This document shows, one piece after another, positions 47,243-57,013 of a stretch of DNA of 64,000 bases. This DNA comes from an uncultured Rhizobiaceae group bacterium (GTDB lineage Bacteria; Pseudomonadota; Alphaproteobacteria; Rhizobiales; Rhizobiaceae), in assembly GCA_947501445.1 (NCBI GenBank), contig CANMVS010000020.1, positions 12,310-76,309 on the forward strand, written 5' to 3'. The notes under the pieces were generated by a model. It did not search any database and was not told where the DNA came from. It saw only the letters and a program-made list of their open reading frames with translations. Positions within the stretch are counted from its first letter, which is position 1, and the number at the start of each line of letters is the position of its first letter. Both the position numbers and the translations under genes were made by a program.

Positions 47243-50229
47243 GTGGCGCGAACCGCATAGCCGGGGCCGGACGGCTGACACCGGCGAAAAAAGTACGGTT
47301 TTCCTTTGACGGGGAAATTTATACCGCCCTTGAGGGCGATACGCTTGCCTCAGCGCTGCTGGCCAACGGCGTTCATCTGATGGGTCGCTCATTCAAGTAC
47401 CATCGCCCGCGTGGCGTGCTGGGCGCAGGTGCCGAAGAGCCCAATGCACTGATGGGCATTGAGCGCGATGCCTCACGCCAGCAACCCAATGTACGGGCCA
47501 CGGTACAGGAAGTGTTTGAAGGGATGACGGCGGTCTCACAAAACCGCTGGCCATCGCTGGCCTTTGACGTTGGTTCTGTCAATAATCTGCTCTCGCCGAT
47601 ATTTGCCGCCGGGTTCTACTATAAGACATTCATGTGGCCCAAAATTGCCTGGGAAAAACTCTATGAGCCCATCATTCGTGGTGCCGCCGGTTTGGGTGTT
47701 GCACCGGCCAGTGCGGATACCGACCATTACTCAAGCCGCTATTTACACGCTGATGTATTGATTGTTGGTGGCGGTGTGTCGGGCCTGTCCGCCGCATTGG
47801 CTGCGGCCAAAACCGGTGCCAGCGTGATCCTGTGCGATGAGCAGGCGCAGATGGGCGGTGCACTGTCCTATGAAAGCGGTGTCAGCGTTGACGGCGTGTC
47901 CGGCTTTGATTGGGCCAGCAATGCCGCCGCACAACTGGCAGCGCTGGACAATGTGCGGGTTTTGACCCGGACAACAGCCTTTGGTTACTACGCTCAGAAT
48001 TTTGTTGGTCTGGTGGAACGGGTGACAGATCATCTGGCTGACCCGCGTGCTGACATGCCGCGTGAGCGGCTTTGGCAGGTGCGCGCCAGGCAGGTGATAC
48101 TTGCGACCGGCTCCATCGAGCGTCACATGGTCTTTGCCAATAATGATCGCCCGGGCATCATGCTGTCTTCGGCTGCCCGTATTTATCTCAATCAATATGG
48201 CGTGGCAGTCGGCACCAAGGTCGGTGTCTATACCGCCAATGATTCTGCCTATGAAACGGCCTTTGATCTCAAGCGGGCCGGTGTCTCCGTCGAGGCAATT
48301 GTCGATTGCCGGGACAATCCCGGTGAGGGCCTTTTGTCAACGGCTGCTGATCTGGGTATCCAGGTGCTGACCGGGCACAGCGTCGTTGATACCAAAGGGG
48401 CACGCCGGGTATCGTCGATGATTGTTGAGCGCAATGGCGGCGGTGCGCGCCAGACTTTTGCAGTTGATGCACTTATTATGTCCGCCGGCTGGACGCCCTC
48501 CGTGCACCTTTATTCCCAATCGCGTGGAAAAGTGGTCTGGGACGATGGAACGCAGCGGTTTTTGCCAGGTGAATGCCCGCAGGACTGCGCCAGCGTGGGC
48601 GCCTGCAATGGCACTGACGCATTGCAGGCAAGCATTGATGAGGCCATTGCGGCGGGCGTGCAGGCTGCAGTTGATTGCGGGAAAAAACCGGCGTCCACTG
48701 TAATTACCGGTGAAGGTGCTGGCGACTGGACTGGCGGCATGGCAGGCAGTGCAGCAGGCGCTGGAGCCGACACCACCGTCAAGGCCTTTGTTGATTTCCA
48801 GAATGATGTCACAGCCAAAGATATTCGACTGGCGGTGCGTGAAGGCATGCATTCGATCGAACATGTCAAACGGTTCACCACCAATGGCATGGCATCCGAT
48901 CAGGGCAAGACCTCCAATATTCATGGCCTTGCCATCGCGGCTGAGGCGTTGAACCGTGAGATCCCCCAGGTTGGTCTGACAACCTTCCGCGCGCCCTATA
49001 CGCCGGTAACATTCGGCTCGATCGTCAATCATGGACGCGGGGGGCTGTTTGACCCGGCCCGCAAAACACCTTTCCACGATTGGGAAGAGCGCCATGGTGC
49101 CGTATTCGAGGATGTCGGTCAGTGGAAGCGGGCCTGGTATTATCCGCGTGTTGGTGAGGATATGCATGCAGCGGTCAACCGGGAATGCCGGACAGTGCGT
49201 GAAAGCGCAGGCCTGTTTGACGCCTCAACCCTTGGTAAAATTGAAGTGGTTGGGCCTGATGCGGCACAGTTTCTTGATCTCATGTACACCAATGGCTGGA
49301 GCAAACTGAAGCCTGGTCGTTGCAAATATGGCATCATGCTGCGTGAAGACGGCTTCATCTATGATGATGGCGTTGTTGCCCGAATTGCCGAGGACCGGTT
49401 CCATGTGACGACAACAACCGGCGGTGCGCCGCGCGTGCTGCATCACATGGAAGACTATCTGCAGACGGAATTTCCGCATCTGAACGTCTGGCTCACATCA
49501 TCAAGCGAGCAATGGGCTGTTATCGCGGTGCAGGGACCAAAGGCACGTGAAATCATCGCGCCGCTGGTTGAGGGTATCGATCTGTCAAGCGAAGCCATGC
49601 CGCACATGAGTGCACGAGAGGGGCGAATTTGCGGTGTGCCCACACGCCTGTTCCGGGTATCGTTCACCGGCGAGGCAGGCTATGAGATCAATGTTCCGGC
49701 AAATTACGGACCGGCTGTATGGGATGCAGTGTGGGCGCAGGCTGAACCGCTGGGCGCCTGTGTTTATGGCACCGAAACCATGCATGTCCTGCGCGCCGAA
49801 AAGGGTTTCATTATCGTTGGGCAGGATACGGATGGCACAGTAACGCCGCATGATGCCGGCCTGGGCTGGGCAATTGCCAAAAGCAAACCGGATTATGTCG
49901 GTATACGTGGTCTGATGCGCCCTGATCTGATGGCCGACGGCCGCAAACAGCTCATCGGTCTGAAGACCAAAGATCCCAATACGGTGCTTGAGGAAGGGGC
50001 TCAGATTGTTGCTGATCCCAATCAACCCGTGCCCATGACCATGTTGGGGCATGTGACATCATCCTATTGGTCGCAAAATTGCGGTCGTTCCATTGCCATG
50101 GCACTTCTGGTCGATGGTCGTGCCAAAATGGGACAGACATTCTATGTCCCAATGCCCGATCATACGATTGAGGTGGAAGTGTCCAGCACGGTGTTCTTTG
50201 ATGAAAAGGGAGAACGGGTAAATGGCTAA
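47239..50229 (+). CDS. soxA: Sarcosine oxidase subunit alpha
   Basis: GRSFKYHRPRG, KRFTTNGMASDQGKTSN, DASTLGKIEV, GcvT-like C-terminus. Confidence 0.96.
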   Translation: MSGANRIAGAGRLTPAKKVRFSFDGEIYTALEGDTLASALLANGVHLMGRSFKYHRPRGVLGAGAEEPNALMGIERDASRQQPNVRATVQEVFEGMTAVSQNRWPSLAFDVGSVNNLLSPIFAAGFYYKTFMWPKIAWEKLYEPIIRGAAGLGVAPASADTDHYSSRYLHADVLIVGGGVSGLSAALAAAKTGASVILCDEQAQMGGALSYESGVSVDGVSGFDWASNAAAQLAALDNVRVLTRTTAFGYYAQNFVGLVERVTDHLADPRADMPRERLWQVRARQVILATGSIERHMVFANNDRPGIMLSSAARIYLNQYGVAVGTKVGVYTANDSAYETAFDLKRAGVSVEAIVDCRDNPGEGLLSTAADLGIQVLTGHSVVDTKGARRVSSMIVERNGGGARQTFAVDALIMSAGWTPSVHLYSQSRGKVVWDDGTQRFLPGECPQDCASVGACNGTDALQASIDEAIAAGVQAAVDCGKKPASTVITGEGAGDWTGGMAGSAAGAGADTTVKAFVDFQNDVTAKDIRLAVREGMHSIEHVKRFTTNGMASDQGKTSNIHGLAIAAEALNREIPQVGLTTFRAPYTPVTFGSIVNHGRGGLFDPARKTPFHDWEERHGAVFEDVGQWKRAWYYPRVGEDMHAAVNRECRTVRESAGLFDASTLGKIEVVGPDAAQFLDLMYTNGWSKLKPGRCKYGIMLREDGFIYDDGVVARIAEDRFHVTTTTGGAPRVLHHMEDYLQTEFPHLNVWLTSSSEQWAVIAVQGPKAREIIAPLVEGIDLSSEAMPHMSAREGRICGVPTRLFRVSFTGEAGYEINVPANYGPAVWDAVWAQAEPLGACVYGTETMHVLRAEKGFIIVGQDTDGTVTPHDAGLGWAIAKSKPDYVGIRGLMRPDLMADGRKQLIGLKTKDPNTVLEEGAQIVADPNQPVPMTMLGHVTSSYWSQNCGRSIAMALLVDGRAKMGQTFYVPMPDHTIEVEVSSTVFFDEKGERVNG

Positions 50230-50791
50230 AGCAACAATGGCCGCAGCAACAGGGCCGCTTGACGGGCAGGTTGCCGGATCCGCACTGGTCTCCATCAAGC
50301 CGATGGAACCTGCCAGCCGGTTAGCCATCAGGGCCCGGCCCGACGCGATCGCATCCCTGTCAAAAGTGCTGGGTGTAAAACTGCCGCAGGCACCCAAAAC
50401 GTCCGCGCAATCAACCGCAGCCAAAAGCCGCCAACGCGTGGCGCTGTGGCTTGGGCCGGATGAGTGGCTGGTGATTGACGATGGCAATGCGGATTTGATG
50501 GGCATCTGTGCAAAGGCCAAGGGCCTTTATTCAGCGGTGGATGTATCACATCGCAATACGTCGGTTCTGGTATCCGGAAAGGGCGCGGAAGCAACCATCA
50601 GTGCCGGATGTCCGCAGAACCTGTCGCTGGATGTGTTTCCGGTCGGCGCCTGCGCGCGCACGTTGCTCGGCAAGACCGAAGTTGTTCTGTATCGGGTGGA
50701 GGAAGATGTGTTTCGGGTTGAGTGCTGGCGTTCTTTTTCAACCTACGTCTTTGCATTCCTGGCAGAAGCCGGGCAGTCACCGATGATCTGA
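50222..50791 (+). CDS. soxG: Sarcosine oxidase subunit gamma
   Basis: LWLGPDEWL, VDVSH, CARTLL, WRSFSTY. Confidence 0.94.
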   Translation: MAKATMAAATGPLDGQVAGSALVSIKPMEPASRLAIRARPDAIASLSKVLGVKLPQAPKTSAQSTAAKSRQRVALWLGPDEWLVIDDGNADLMGICAKAKGLYSAVDVSHRNTSVLVSGKGAEATISAGCPQNLSLDVFPVGACARTLLGKTEVVLYRVEEDVFRVECWRSFSTYVFAFLAEAGQSPMI

Positions 50792-50800
50792 TCCCGGTTT

Positions 50801-50903
50801 CAGACCGTTTCACGTTTTGTCAGAAACGGAACAGCGGTGTCGGCCTATGATATTGTTGATGCAGTCAGGCTTTGCCGATTGCGTCAAAACCAGGACCGTT
50901 TTA
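50801..50903 (-). repeat. ~100 bp dual-hairpin intergenic repeat, copy 5
   Basis: Reverse complement TAAAACGGTCCTGGTTTTGACGCAATCGGCAAAGCCTGACTGCATCAAC...AAAACGTGAAACGGTCTG; begins at the TAA of the MaoC gene. Confidence 0.85.
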
Positions 50904-51398
50904 GTCCATGTAATCGGGCTGGGGATGATCTTTAGGATCAAATTGCGCGATTGTCAGCCACTCGGCTGTCAGCGCCGGTTTGGATTCGCCTTCTATTTCA
51001 ACGGACACGCTATAGGTCAGCATGACCATATCCCTGCCGCGGTAGCGTGTCGCCGTGAGTGCAAAACGGCCGCGCACCCGTGAGCCGCTTTTGACCGGCG
51101 CCATGAAGCGAATTTTGTTGAAGCCGTAATTAATACCCATGCGACGTTCACGCACGACCGGAACACAATCATAACTCATTGCAGAGAGCAGCGAGAGTGA
51201 CAAAAACCCATGGGCAATTGTACCGCCAAATGGTGTCTCAGCCCTGGCCCGCTCCGGATCAACATGGATGAACTGATGATCATGTGTGGCATTGGCAAAT
51301 TGATCAATCATTGATTGATCAACAGTGATCCACTTGGATACGCCCTGCTCAGACCCGACCAGACCGGGAAGATCAACGAGTGAGATTGGTTCTGCCAT
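50901..51398 (-). CDS. MaoC-family (hotdog) dehydratase
   Basis: IDQFANATHDHQFIHVD, TPFGGTIAHGFLSLSL, NYGFNKIRF. Confidence 0.93.
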   Translation of the reverse strand: MAEPISLVDLPGLVGSEQGVSKWITVDQSMIDQFANATHDHQFIHVDPERARAETPFGGTIAHGFLSLSLLSAMSYDCVPVVRERRMGINYGFNKIRFMAPVKSGSRVRGRFALTATRYRGRDMVMLTYSVSVEIEGESKPALTAEWLTIAQFDPKDHPQPDYMD

Positions 51399-51623
51399 GG
51401 CTTCATTTCCTCAACGGATTCGTGTTGACAAGTGCATAGCCCTAGAACGCAGTCGGTGAAAGACCACCGAGCAAGAATTATCCCCGTGATGAAATCAGAT
51501 TTCCCGCATTCGGCACAATCAGAACAATTCTTTGCGGTGCAGCATGTGCATTAGAACGCTGTTGTTTCAAATGGGGCCAAAAATGGTTCAGTTTTGGTGC
51601 CAAGATCAACCGGAGTTAGAGTT

Positions 51624-52394
51624 ATGCGGCCCGGACAACAGGATGCCCAAAGGCAAATCCTTGAAATAGAAGCGGAAAACCTTTCTTTGGCCGAAAGGCT
51701 GATGCTTCTGGCGGATAAAAGCAACAGGCCGGTTTTTACGACAAGCCTGGGCATTGAAGACCAGGTGCTGACAGCAGCTTTGACAATTGTGGCACCATCC
51801 GTGCGCATTGTTACGCTGGAAACCGGTCGGCTGTTTGAAGAAACAAAAGCACTGATTGCCGAGACCGAGGCACGATTTGGCATAGTAATCGAGCGATTTC
51901 GTCCGGATGAAATACAGCTGAAGAATTATGCCGACAAATTTGGTCTGAACGGATTTTACGACAGTGTGGAGGCCCGCCATGCCTGTTGCGGTGTGCGCAA
52001 ACTGGAGCCATTGGCGCGCACGCTGGAAGGCGCTGATTTATGGATCACCGGCCTTCGTCGCGACCAGTCCAATACCCGCTCAAAGGCCGGATTTACCGAA
52101 CTTGATGCACAGCGTGGTCTGCTCAAGGCCAATCCACTCTACGACTGGAGCATAGAGGACGTGCACCGCTACATTGCAGACAATGATGTGCCGATCAATG
52201 CGCTTCACGCGCGCGGCTATCCTTCAATCGGCTGCGAGCCCTGCACCCGCGCAATCAAAAAGGGTGAAGACGAGCGGGCCGGTCGCTGGTGGTGGGAAAA
52301 TGATCAGCAGCGCGAGTGCGGACTGCATGTGACCCATACTGCAGGCGATGTTCGCGAAAACGCGCCGGATAACACCATCGACGCCCGTGCCTGA
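51624..52394 (+). CDS. cysH: (Phospho)adenylyl-sulfate reductase, probably the 4Fe-4S APS reductase type
   Basis: CCGVRK and SIGCEPCT cluster cysteines, [13 protein letters not shown]; start refined to ATG 51624. Confidence 0.93.
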   Translation: MRPGQQDAQRQILEIEAENLSLAERLMLLADKSNRPVFTTSLGIEDQVLTAALTIVAPSVRIVTLETGRLFEETKALIAETEARFGIVIERFRPDEIQLKNYADKFGLNGFYDSVEARHACCGVRKLEPLARTLEGADLWITGLRRDQSNTRSKAGFTELDAQRGLLKANPLYDWSIEDVHRYIADNDVPINALHARGYPSIGCEPCTRAIKKGEDERAGRWWWENDQQRECGLHVTHTAGDVRENAPDNTIDARA

Positions 52395-52417
52395 GCACGT
52401 TCATACAGGAAATCAAT

Positions 52418-53335
52418 ATGTCCGAGACAAAGCCGCCCCTTGATCCAAACCTCAAGGCGCTTGAAAGCGAAGCCATCCATATATTCAGAGAGGTCGCTGC
52501 AGAGTTTGAGCGGCCGGTGATGCTCTATTCGGTTGGCAAGGATTCATCAGTCCTGCTGCATCTGGCACGCAAGGCCTTTTATCCCGGCAAAATTCCCTTT
52601 CCACTGCTGCATATCGATACCGGGTGGAAGTTTGCCGAAATGATTGCTTTTCGTGATCACATGGTTGAGCAATTTGATCTTGATCTTGTTGCACATACCA
52701 ATGCACGCGGTGTACTGGAAAATGTTTCCCCATTCACGCATGGTTCGTCCGTCTACACCAACATCATGAAAACGGAAGCCTTGCGGCAGGGCCTGGATGC
52801 GGGTCAGTACGACGCCGCATTTGGTGGTGCGCGGCGCGATGAGGAAGCTTCCAGGGCAAAGGAACGCATTTATTCCTTCAGAACGCCCGACCACCGCTGG
52901 GACCCGCGCAATCAGCGCCCTGAATTGTGGTCTGTCTATAATGGCATGATCAAAAAAGGTGAGAGTGTGCGTGCCTTTCCGCTATCCAATTGGACTGAAG
53001 TGGATATCTGGCGCTACATCAAGGCGGAGAATATTCCGATTGTACCGCTCTATTTCGCTGCCAGGCGCCCGGTTGTTGAACGCGATGGCATGCTCATTCT
53101 GGCAGAAGACAAGCGGCTGAAACCACTGCCGGGTGAAGTTGTGCAGCAGCAGATGATCCGCTTCAGAACACTGGGGTGTTTTCCTCTTACCGGCGCCATC
53201 CGCTCAGAGGCAACAACGCTGGATGAAATCATTGATGAACTGGAAACCGCGACCGTATCTGAGCGTCAGGGGCGGGCAATTGATCGTGATGAAGCCGGTT
53301 CAATGGAAAAGAAGAAGCGCGAGGGCTATTTCTGA
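52418..53335 (+). CDS. cysD: Sulfate adenylyltransferase subunit 2
   Basis: [37 protein letters not shown]. Confidence 0.97.
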   Translation: MSETKPPLDPNLKALESEAIHIFREVAAEFERPVMLYSVGKDSSVLLHLARKAFYPGKIPFPLLHIDTGWKFAEMIAFRDHMVEQFDLDLVAHTNARGVLENVSPFTHGSSVYTNIMKTEALRQGLDAGQYDAAFGGARRDEEASRAKERIYSFRTPDHRWDPRNQRPELWSVYNGMIKKGESVRAFPLSNWTEVDIWRYIKAENIPIVPLYFAARRPVVERDGMLILAEDKRLKPLPGEVVQQQMIRFRTLGCFPLTGAIRSEATTLDEIIDELETATVSERQGRAIDRDEAGSMEKKKREGYF

Positions 53336-54810
53336 TGAATATCAATGCTGAAGTTGTTGAGCAGGCAAAGCCGGCTATTGACGCCGATACGCGCAACGCC
53401 CGTCCACTGCGATTGATAACCTGTGGCAGTGTCGATGATGGAAAGTCCACGCTGATTGGCCGTCTGTTATGGGATACGAAAGCGGTCAAGGAAGATCAGG
53501 CTGACGCACTTGCCAGAGATAACCGCAATCAGCAAAACGGCCTTGGTCTGCCGGATTTTGCGCTGCTGCTTGATGGCCTGCAGGCCGAGCGGGAGCAGGG
53601 CATTACCATTGATGTGGCCTATCGTTATTTTTCCAGTGAAAAACGTTCATTCATTGTCGCTGATACGCCAGGGCATGAGCAATATACCCGCAATATGGCA
53701 ACCGGTGCATCCACCGCAGATCTGGCCATTTTGCTGGTAGATGCGCGCACCGGCATTTTGGAGCAGACCCGGCGCCATGCAACCATCGCAACATTGATGG
53801 GTATTCGACAGTTTGTGCTGGCAGTGAACAAGATTGATCTGATCGACTATGATCGATTGCGCTTTGATGAGATTGCGACGCAATTTCGCCAGCTGGCACT
53901 TTCATTGGGCGTGACGGATGTTACGGCAATCCCGATGTCGGCACTACTGGGTGAAAACGTTGTTTACAGCGGCAAGACCAATATGCCCTGGTACGTTGGA
54001 AAATCATTGGTTGAAGTGCTTGAACTGGCCACACAGCGCTCAGCCCAGACGGTTGGCTTTCGCCTTCCTGTTCAGCGCGTGAGTCGCCCGAATGAAGGGT
54101 TTCGCGGCTATCAGGGAACTGTGGCCGGTGGTTCGGTCAAACCCGGCGACAGTGTCGTCATCCTCCCATCGGGCACCGTGGCCAATGTCAAACAGATCGT
54201 GACATTTGATCTGGTGCGCAATGCTGCTGTTGCCGGAGACGCCATCACGCTTGTGCTTGATCGTCCGGTGGATATTGCCCGCGGTGACATGATTGCATCA
54301 ATTGATGCCGCCCCGGCAAGCGGGCTTTCCTTTGAAGCAAAGCTGGTTGCATTGGCTCCCGATGGTGTGAGCGCACAAAAGCGCTACTGGCTGAAATCAT
54401 CCAGTCGCAGACAGCGGGTTCGGGTCAATCCCAAAACGTTGCTCGATCTGAAATCCGGCCAGTGGAATGATGCGGATGCATTGCCACTCAACGGCATCGG
54501 TACGGTGCAGCTCGCCTTTGATGAAGAAGCACTGTTCGATCCCTACGAGACCAACCGCAATACCGGTGCTTTCATCCTGATCGATCCGGACACAAATAAC
54601 ACGGTTGCAGGTGGCATGATTGTTGCGCGCTCTGCGGCGGTTGACGGCCTGTCGAGCGATGATGGCCTTGATCAGACACTTTTGTCGTTGCCGTCAGATT
54701 TGGCAAAAAAATTGATGCAAAGTGACGTGTTCAAGGCGATGCGCGAGCAGATTGAGATACGACATACAAGCGCCAATCGGGCGTCATCCATACTGCGCGA
54801 ACTCGATTAA
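53335..54810 (+). CDS. cysN: Sulfate adenylyltransferase subunit 1 (no fused APS kinase)
   Basis: GSVDDGKSTLIGRLL, EREQGITIDVAYRYF, DTPGHEQY, NKID, FILID..TNNTVAGG. Confidence 0.96.
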   Translation: MNINAEVVEQAKPAIDADTRNARPLRLITCGSVDDGKSTLIGRLLWDTKAVKEDQADALARDNRNQQNGLGLPDFALLLDGLQAEREQGITIDVAYRYFSSEKRSFIVADTPGHEQYTRNMATGASTADLAILLVDARTGILEQTRRHATIATLMGIRQFVLAVNKIDLIDYDRLRFDEIATQFRQLALSLGVTDVTAIPMSALLGENVVYSGKTNMPWYVGKSLVEVLELATQRSAQTVGFRLPVQRVSRPNEGFRGYQGTVAGGSVKPGDSVVILPSGTVANVKQIVTFDLVRNAAVAGDAITLVLDRPVDIARGDMIASIDAAPASGLSFEAKLVALAPDGVSAQKRYWLKSSSRRQRVRVNPKTLLDLKSGQWNDADALPLNGIGTVQLAFDEEALFDPYETNRNTGAFILIDPDTNNTVAGGMIVARSAAVDGLSSDDGLDQTLLSLPSDLAKKLMQSDVFKAMREQIEIRHTSANRASSILRELD

Positions 54811-54826
54811 ACAGAAGCAGGCAGCT

Positions 54827-54853
54827 GGCAGACCTTTAAGGTCTGCCGGTTTT
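54827..54853 (+). terminator. Probable terminator after cysN
   Basis: GGCAGACCTT-T-AAGGTCTGCC palindrome followed by GGTTTT. Confidence 0.6.
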
Positions 54854-54969
54854 GACAGGGCCGTTCATGCGTGGTTTGATTGCGGTGATGGTTTGTCGGC
54901 TTATCGATATCTTGTCCAGGACCCGATATCGCAGCGGTAAAAAGCCAAGGTGTTCTTGAGGGATCCGCG

Positions 54970-55776
54970 ATGAGTGATATTACGACACAGCTGGGTGCTT
55001 TTGCACCTGTTATCTACAGCGCTCTTAAAGCGCTCATCTTCCTGGTCATTGGCTATATTATTGCCAGTTGGGTATCCAGATCGATACGCCGTCGTGTCCT
55101 CAAAAATCCGCAGCTGGATGATACGCTGGGCAGTTTCTTTGCATCCATTGCCAAATGGCTGATTCTGGCTGTTGTCATCATTGCCATCCTGCAGTTGTTC
55201 GGATTTCAGGCGACCAGTCTGGTTGCGGTCCTGGGTGCTGCCACACTGGCCATCGGCCTGGCGCTTCAAGGCACGTTGGCCGATATTGCCGCCGGCGTCA
55301 TGCTCATTGTGTTCAGGCCGTTCAAACTTGGCCAGTATATCGATATTGGTGGCACCGCAGGTACGGTCAAGGACCTCAATCTGTTCATTACCGAACTGGT
55401 CACGCCGGATAATGTTCAAATTGTCATGCCCAATGGCAAGGTCTGGGGCTCAATCATAACCAATTATTCGGCGCACGATACGCGGCGTGTGGATGTCACC
55501 TTTGGTATTGATTATGGCGATGATGCGGATAAGGCCATGGCCATAATCGTCAAATGGGCAACCGCCGACAGCCGGGTAATGGGGGATCCGGAACCCTGGG
55601 TCCGCGTTGTCAATCTGAACGATTCATCGGTCGATCTTGGTGTTCGCATCTGGTGCAAAGCGTCGGACTATTGGGAGCTCAAGTTTGCGATGCTCCAAGG
55701 CGTCAAAGAGGCCTTCGACAAGAACGGCATATCCATTCCCTATCCGCATCAGGTTGAAATTCGCAGGGACGCCTAG
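54970..55776 (+). CDS. mscS: Small-conductance mechanosensitive channel
   Basis: LAIGLALQGTLADIAAG, FRPFKLG, RRVDVTFGIDY, GISIPYP. Confidence 0.93.
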   Translation: MSDITTQLGAFAPVIYSALKALIFLVIGYIIASWVSRSIRRRVLKNPQLDDTLGSFFASIAKWLILAVVIIAILQLFGFQATSLVAVLGAATLAIGLALQGTLADIAAGVMLIVFRPFKLGQYIDIGGTAGTVKDLNLFITELVTPDNVQIVMPNGKVWGSIITNYSAHDTRRVDVTFGIDYGDDADKAMAIIVKWATADSRVMGDPEPWVRVVNLNDSSVDLGVRIWCKASDYWELKFAMLQGVKEAFDKNGISIPYPHQVEIRRDA

Positions 55777-55795
55777 AAATGATGCATTACCAATC

Positions 55796-56878
55796 CTAAT
55801 AACCGATCTCACGGGTCGGGTTTTCAAAGGTGGCTTTGCAGCAGGCATATTGCGCCAGAATTTCAGCGCCACCCGGAATGTTTTCCGGGTGAAGCACGCC
55901 GTCCTTCCAAACATCAATGCCATCAATCGTGACGGTCGGATCGGTTATATTCCATGAGATTTCGCCGGGAGCGTAGGCGCCACAGGTGTGGAAGTGCAAT
56001 AATCTGGGGTTGCCAAAGGCAGATCCGCCCCAACGCTCATAGTCGCGTGCGATCGGTTGATCATAACCACAGCCCGGATGAATGCCCGCATGCCATGAGT
56101 GGACATAGTCGCGCTGGATTCCATATTTGTGGGCGACAAAATCATAGTGGCGCTCTGCCTGTTTTATGTCCTCATGAGAGCCTTCAAATCCAGTCAGACG
56201 TCCATCTTTGAAATGCGCCATCACCTGTCCATCAAACTTATGGACATAGGGTTGATAATATTTCGATCCGGTTCCAAGCAGAAAACCCGGCATGGCAACC
56301 TTGCCGGAAAACCCGCCAGCGGCAACTGGTGTGAAAATCAACATTGGGAAACGGCAGATGCTCGTATCGCCGCCATTGTTGTCCAAACGCGGCGCGCGGC
56401 CGCAAAACGATGTTCCGGACGGACATGAGACTTCAATGGTGTCTGAGCAAAAAATGAGCTGATCGATAGCATCTTTGAGTGCAACGAAACCATCATAGTT
56501 GGCCGTCCCGAATGCCGAGCCCAGCATCTGTTTGCTGAGGGCATAGGAAATGACGGCACGGCTGCCGGTGCCAATGTCGGCAAAACGGATCTGGTCACCG
56601 ATCCGCGCTAAAAACACGGTTTGATCGGATGCCTGCATATGGGGTTTGAGGCTTTCGGGAAGTTTGGAGGCAACCGGATCGAAGGGTGTTTCAACAATCG
56701 TGACTTCAGCCCCGATGGCACGACCCACATCCGCTACGATATTGGCCAGATCCGGGTCATAATAGGTGAGATCCAACGGTTCGTGAACGATCAGCAATCG
56801 GTCACCTGCTCTCGTGCGTGCACATCTTTCCAGCAGATTGCGTGCGCCCTGACGTACTTCGTCCAATCGGAATGCCAT
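55796..56878 (-). CDS. Uncharacterised protein with M29 aminopeptidase / NicX-like metalloenzyme fold
   Basis: N-terminal GARNLL..C...GDRLLIVHE pattern and C-terminal HSWHAGIHP ... LHFH ... DPTVTIDG motifs. Fold assignment by resemblance only. Confidence 0.55.
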   Translation of the reverse strand: MAFRLDEVRQGARNLLERCARTRAGDRLLIVHEPLDLTYYDPDLANIVADVGRAIGAEVTIVETPFDPVASKLPESLKPHMQASDQTVFLARIGDQIRFADIGTGSRAVISYALSKQMLGSAFGTANYDGFVALKDAIDQLIFCSDTIEVSCPSGTSFCGRAPRLDNNGGDTSICRFPMLIFTPVAAGGFSGKVAMPGFLLGTGSKYYQPYVHKFDGQVMAHFKDGRLTGFEGSHEDIKQAERHYDFVAHKYGIQRDYVHSWHAGIHPGCGYDQPIARDYERWGGSAFGNPRLLHFHTCGAYAPGEISWNITDPTVTIDGIDVWKDGVLHPENIPGGAEILAQYACCKATFENPTREIGY

Positions 56879-57013
56879 CGTGATATCCTGTTATACCAAA
56901 GGAATTTGGTATTATGACAGTCGCCAGTCTATGGTTTCGATCATGCGTATTCTATTCGGTTTAGTTAATCGAGAGAATTAGCAAAGCTTATGTTCATCCA
57001 GATTGATTTACCA

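Noticed and set aside
51440-51600. Small hairpin TCGGTG/CACCGA and palindrome AGAACAATTCT upstream of cysH
   Set aside because: No match to a riboswitch or regulator consensus that I can name with confidence.
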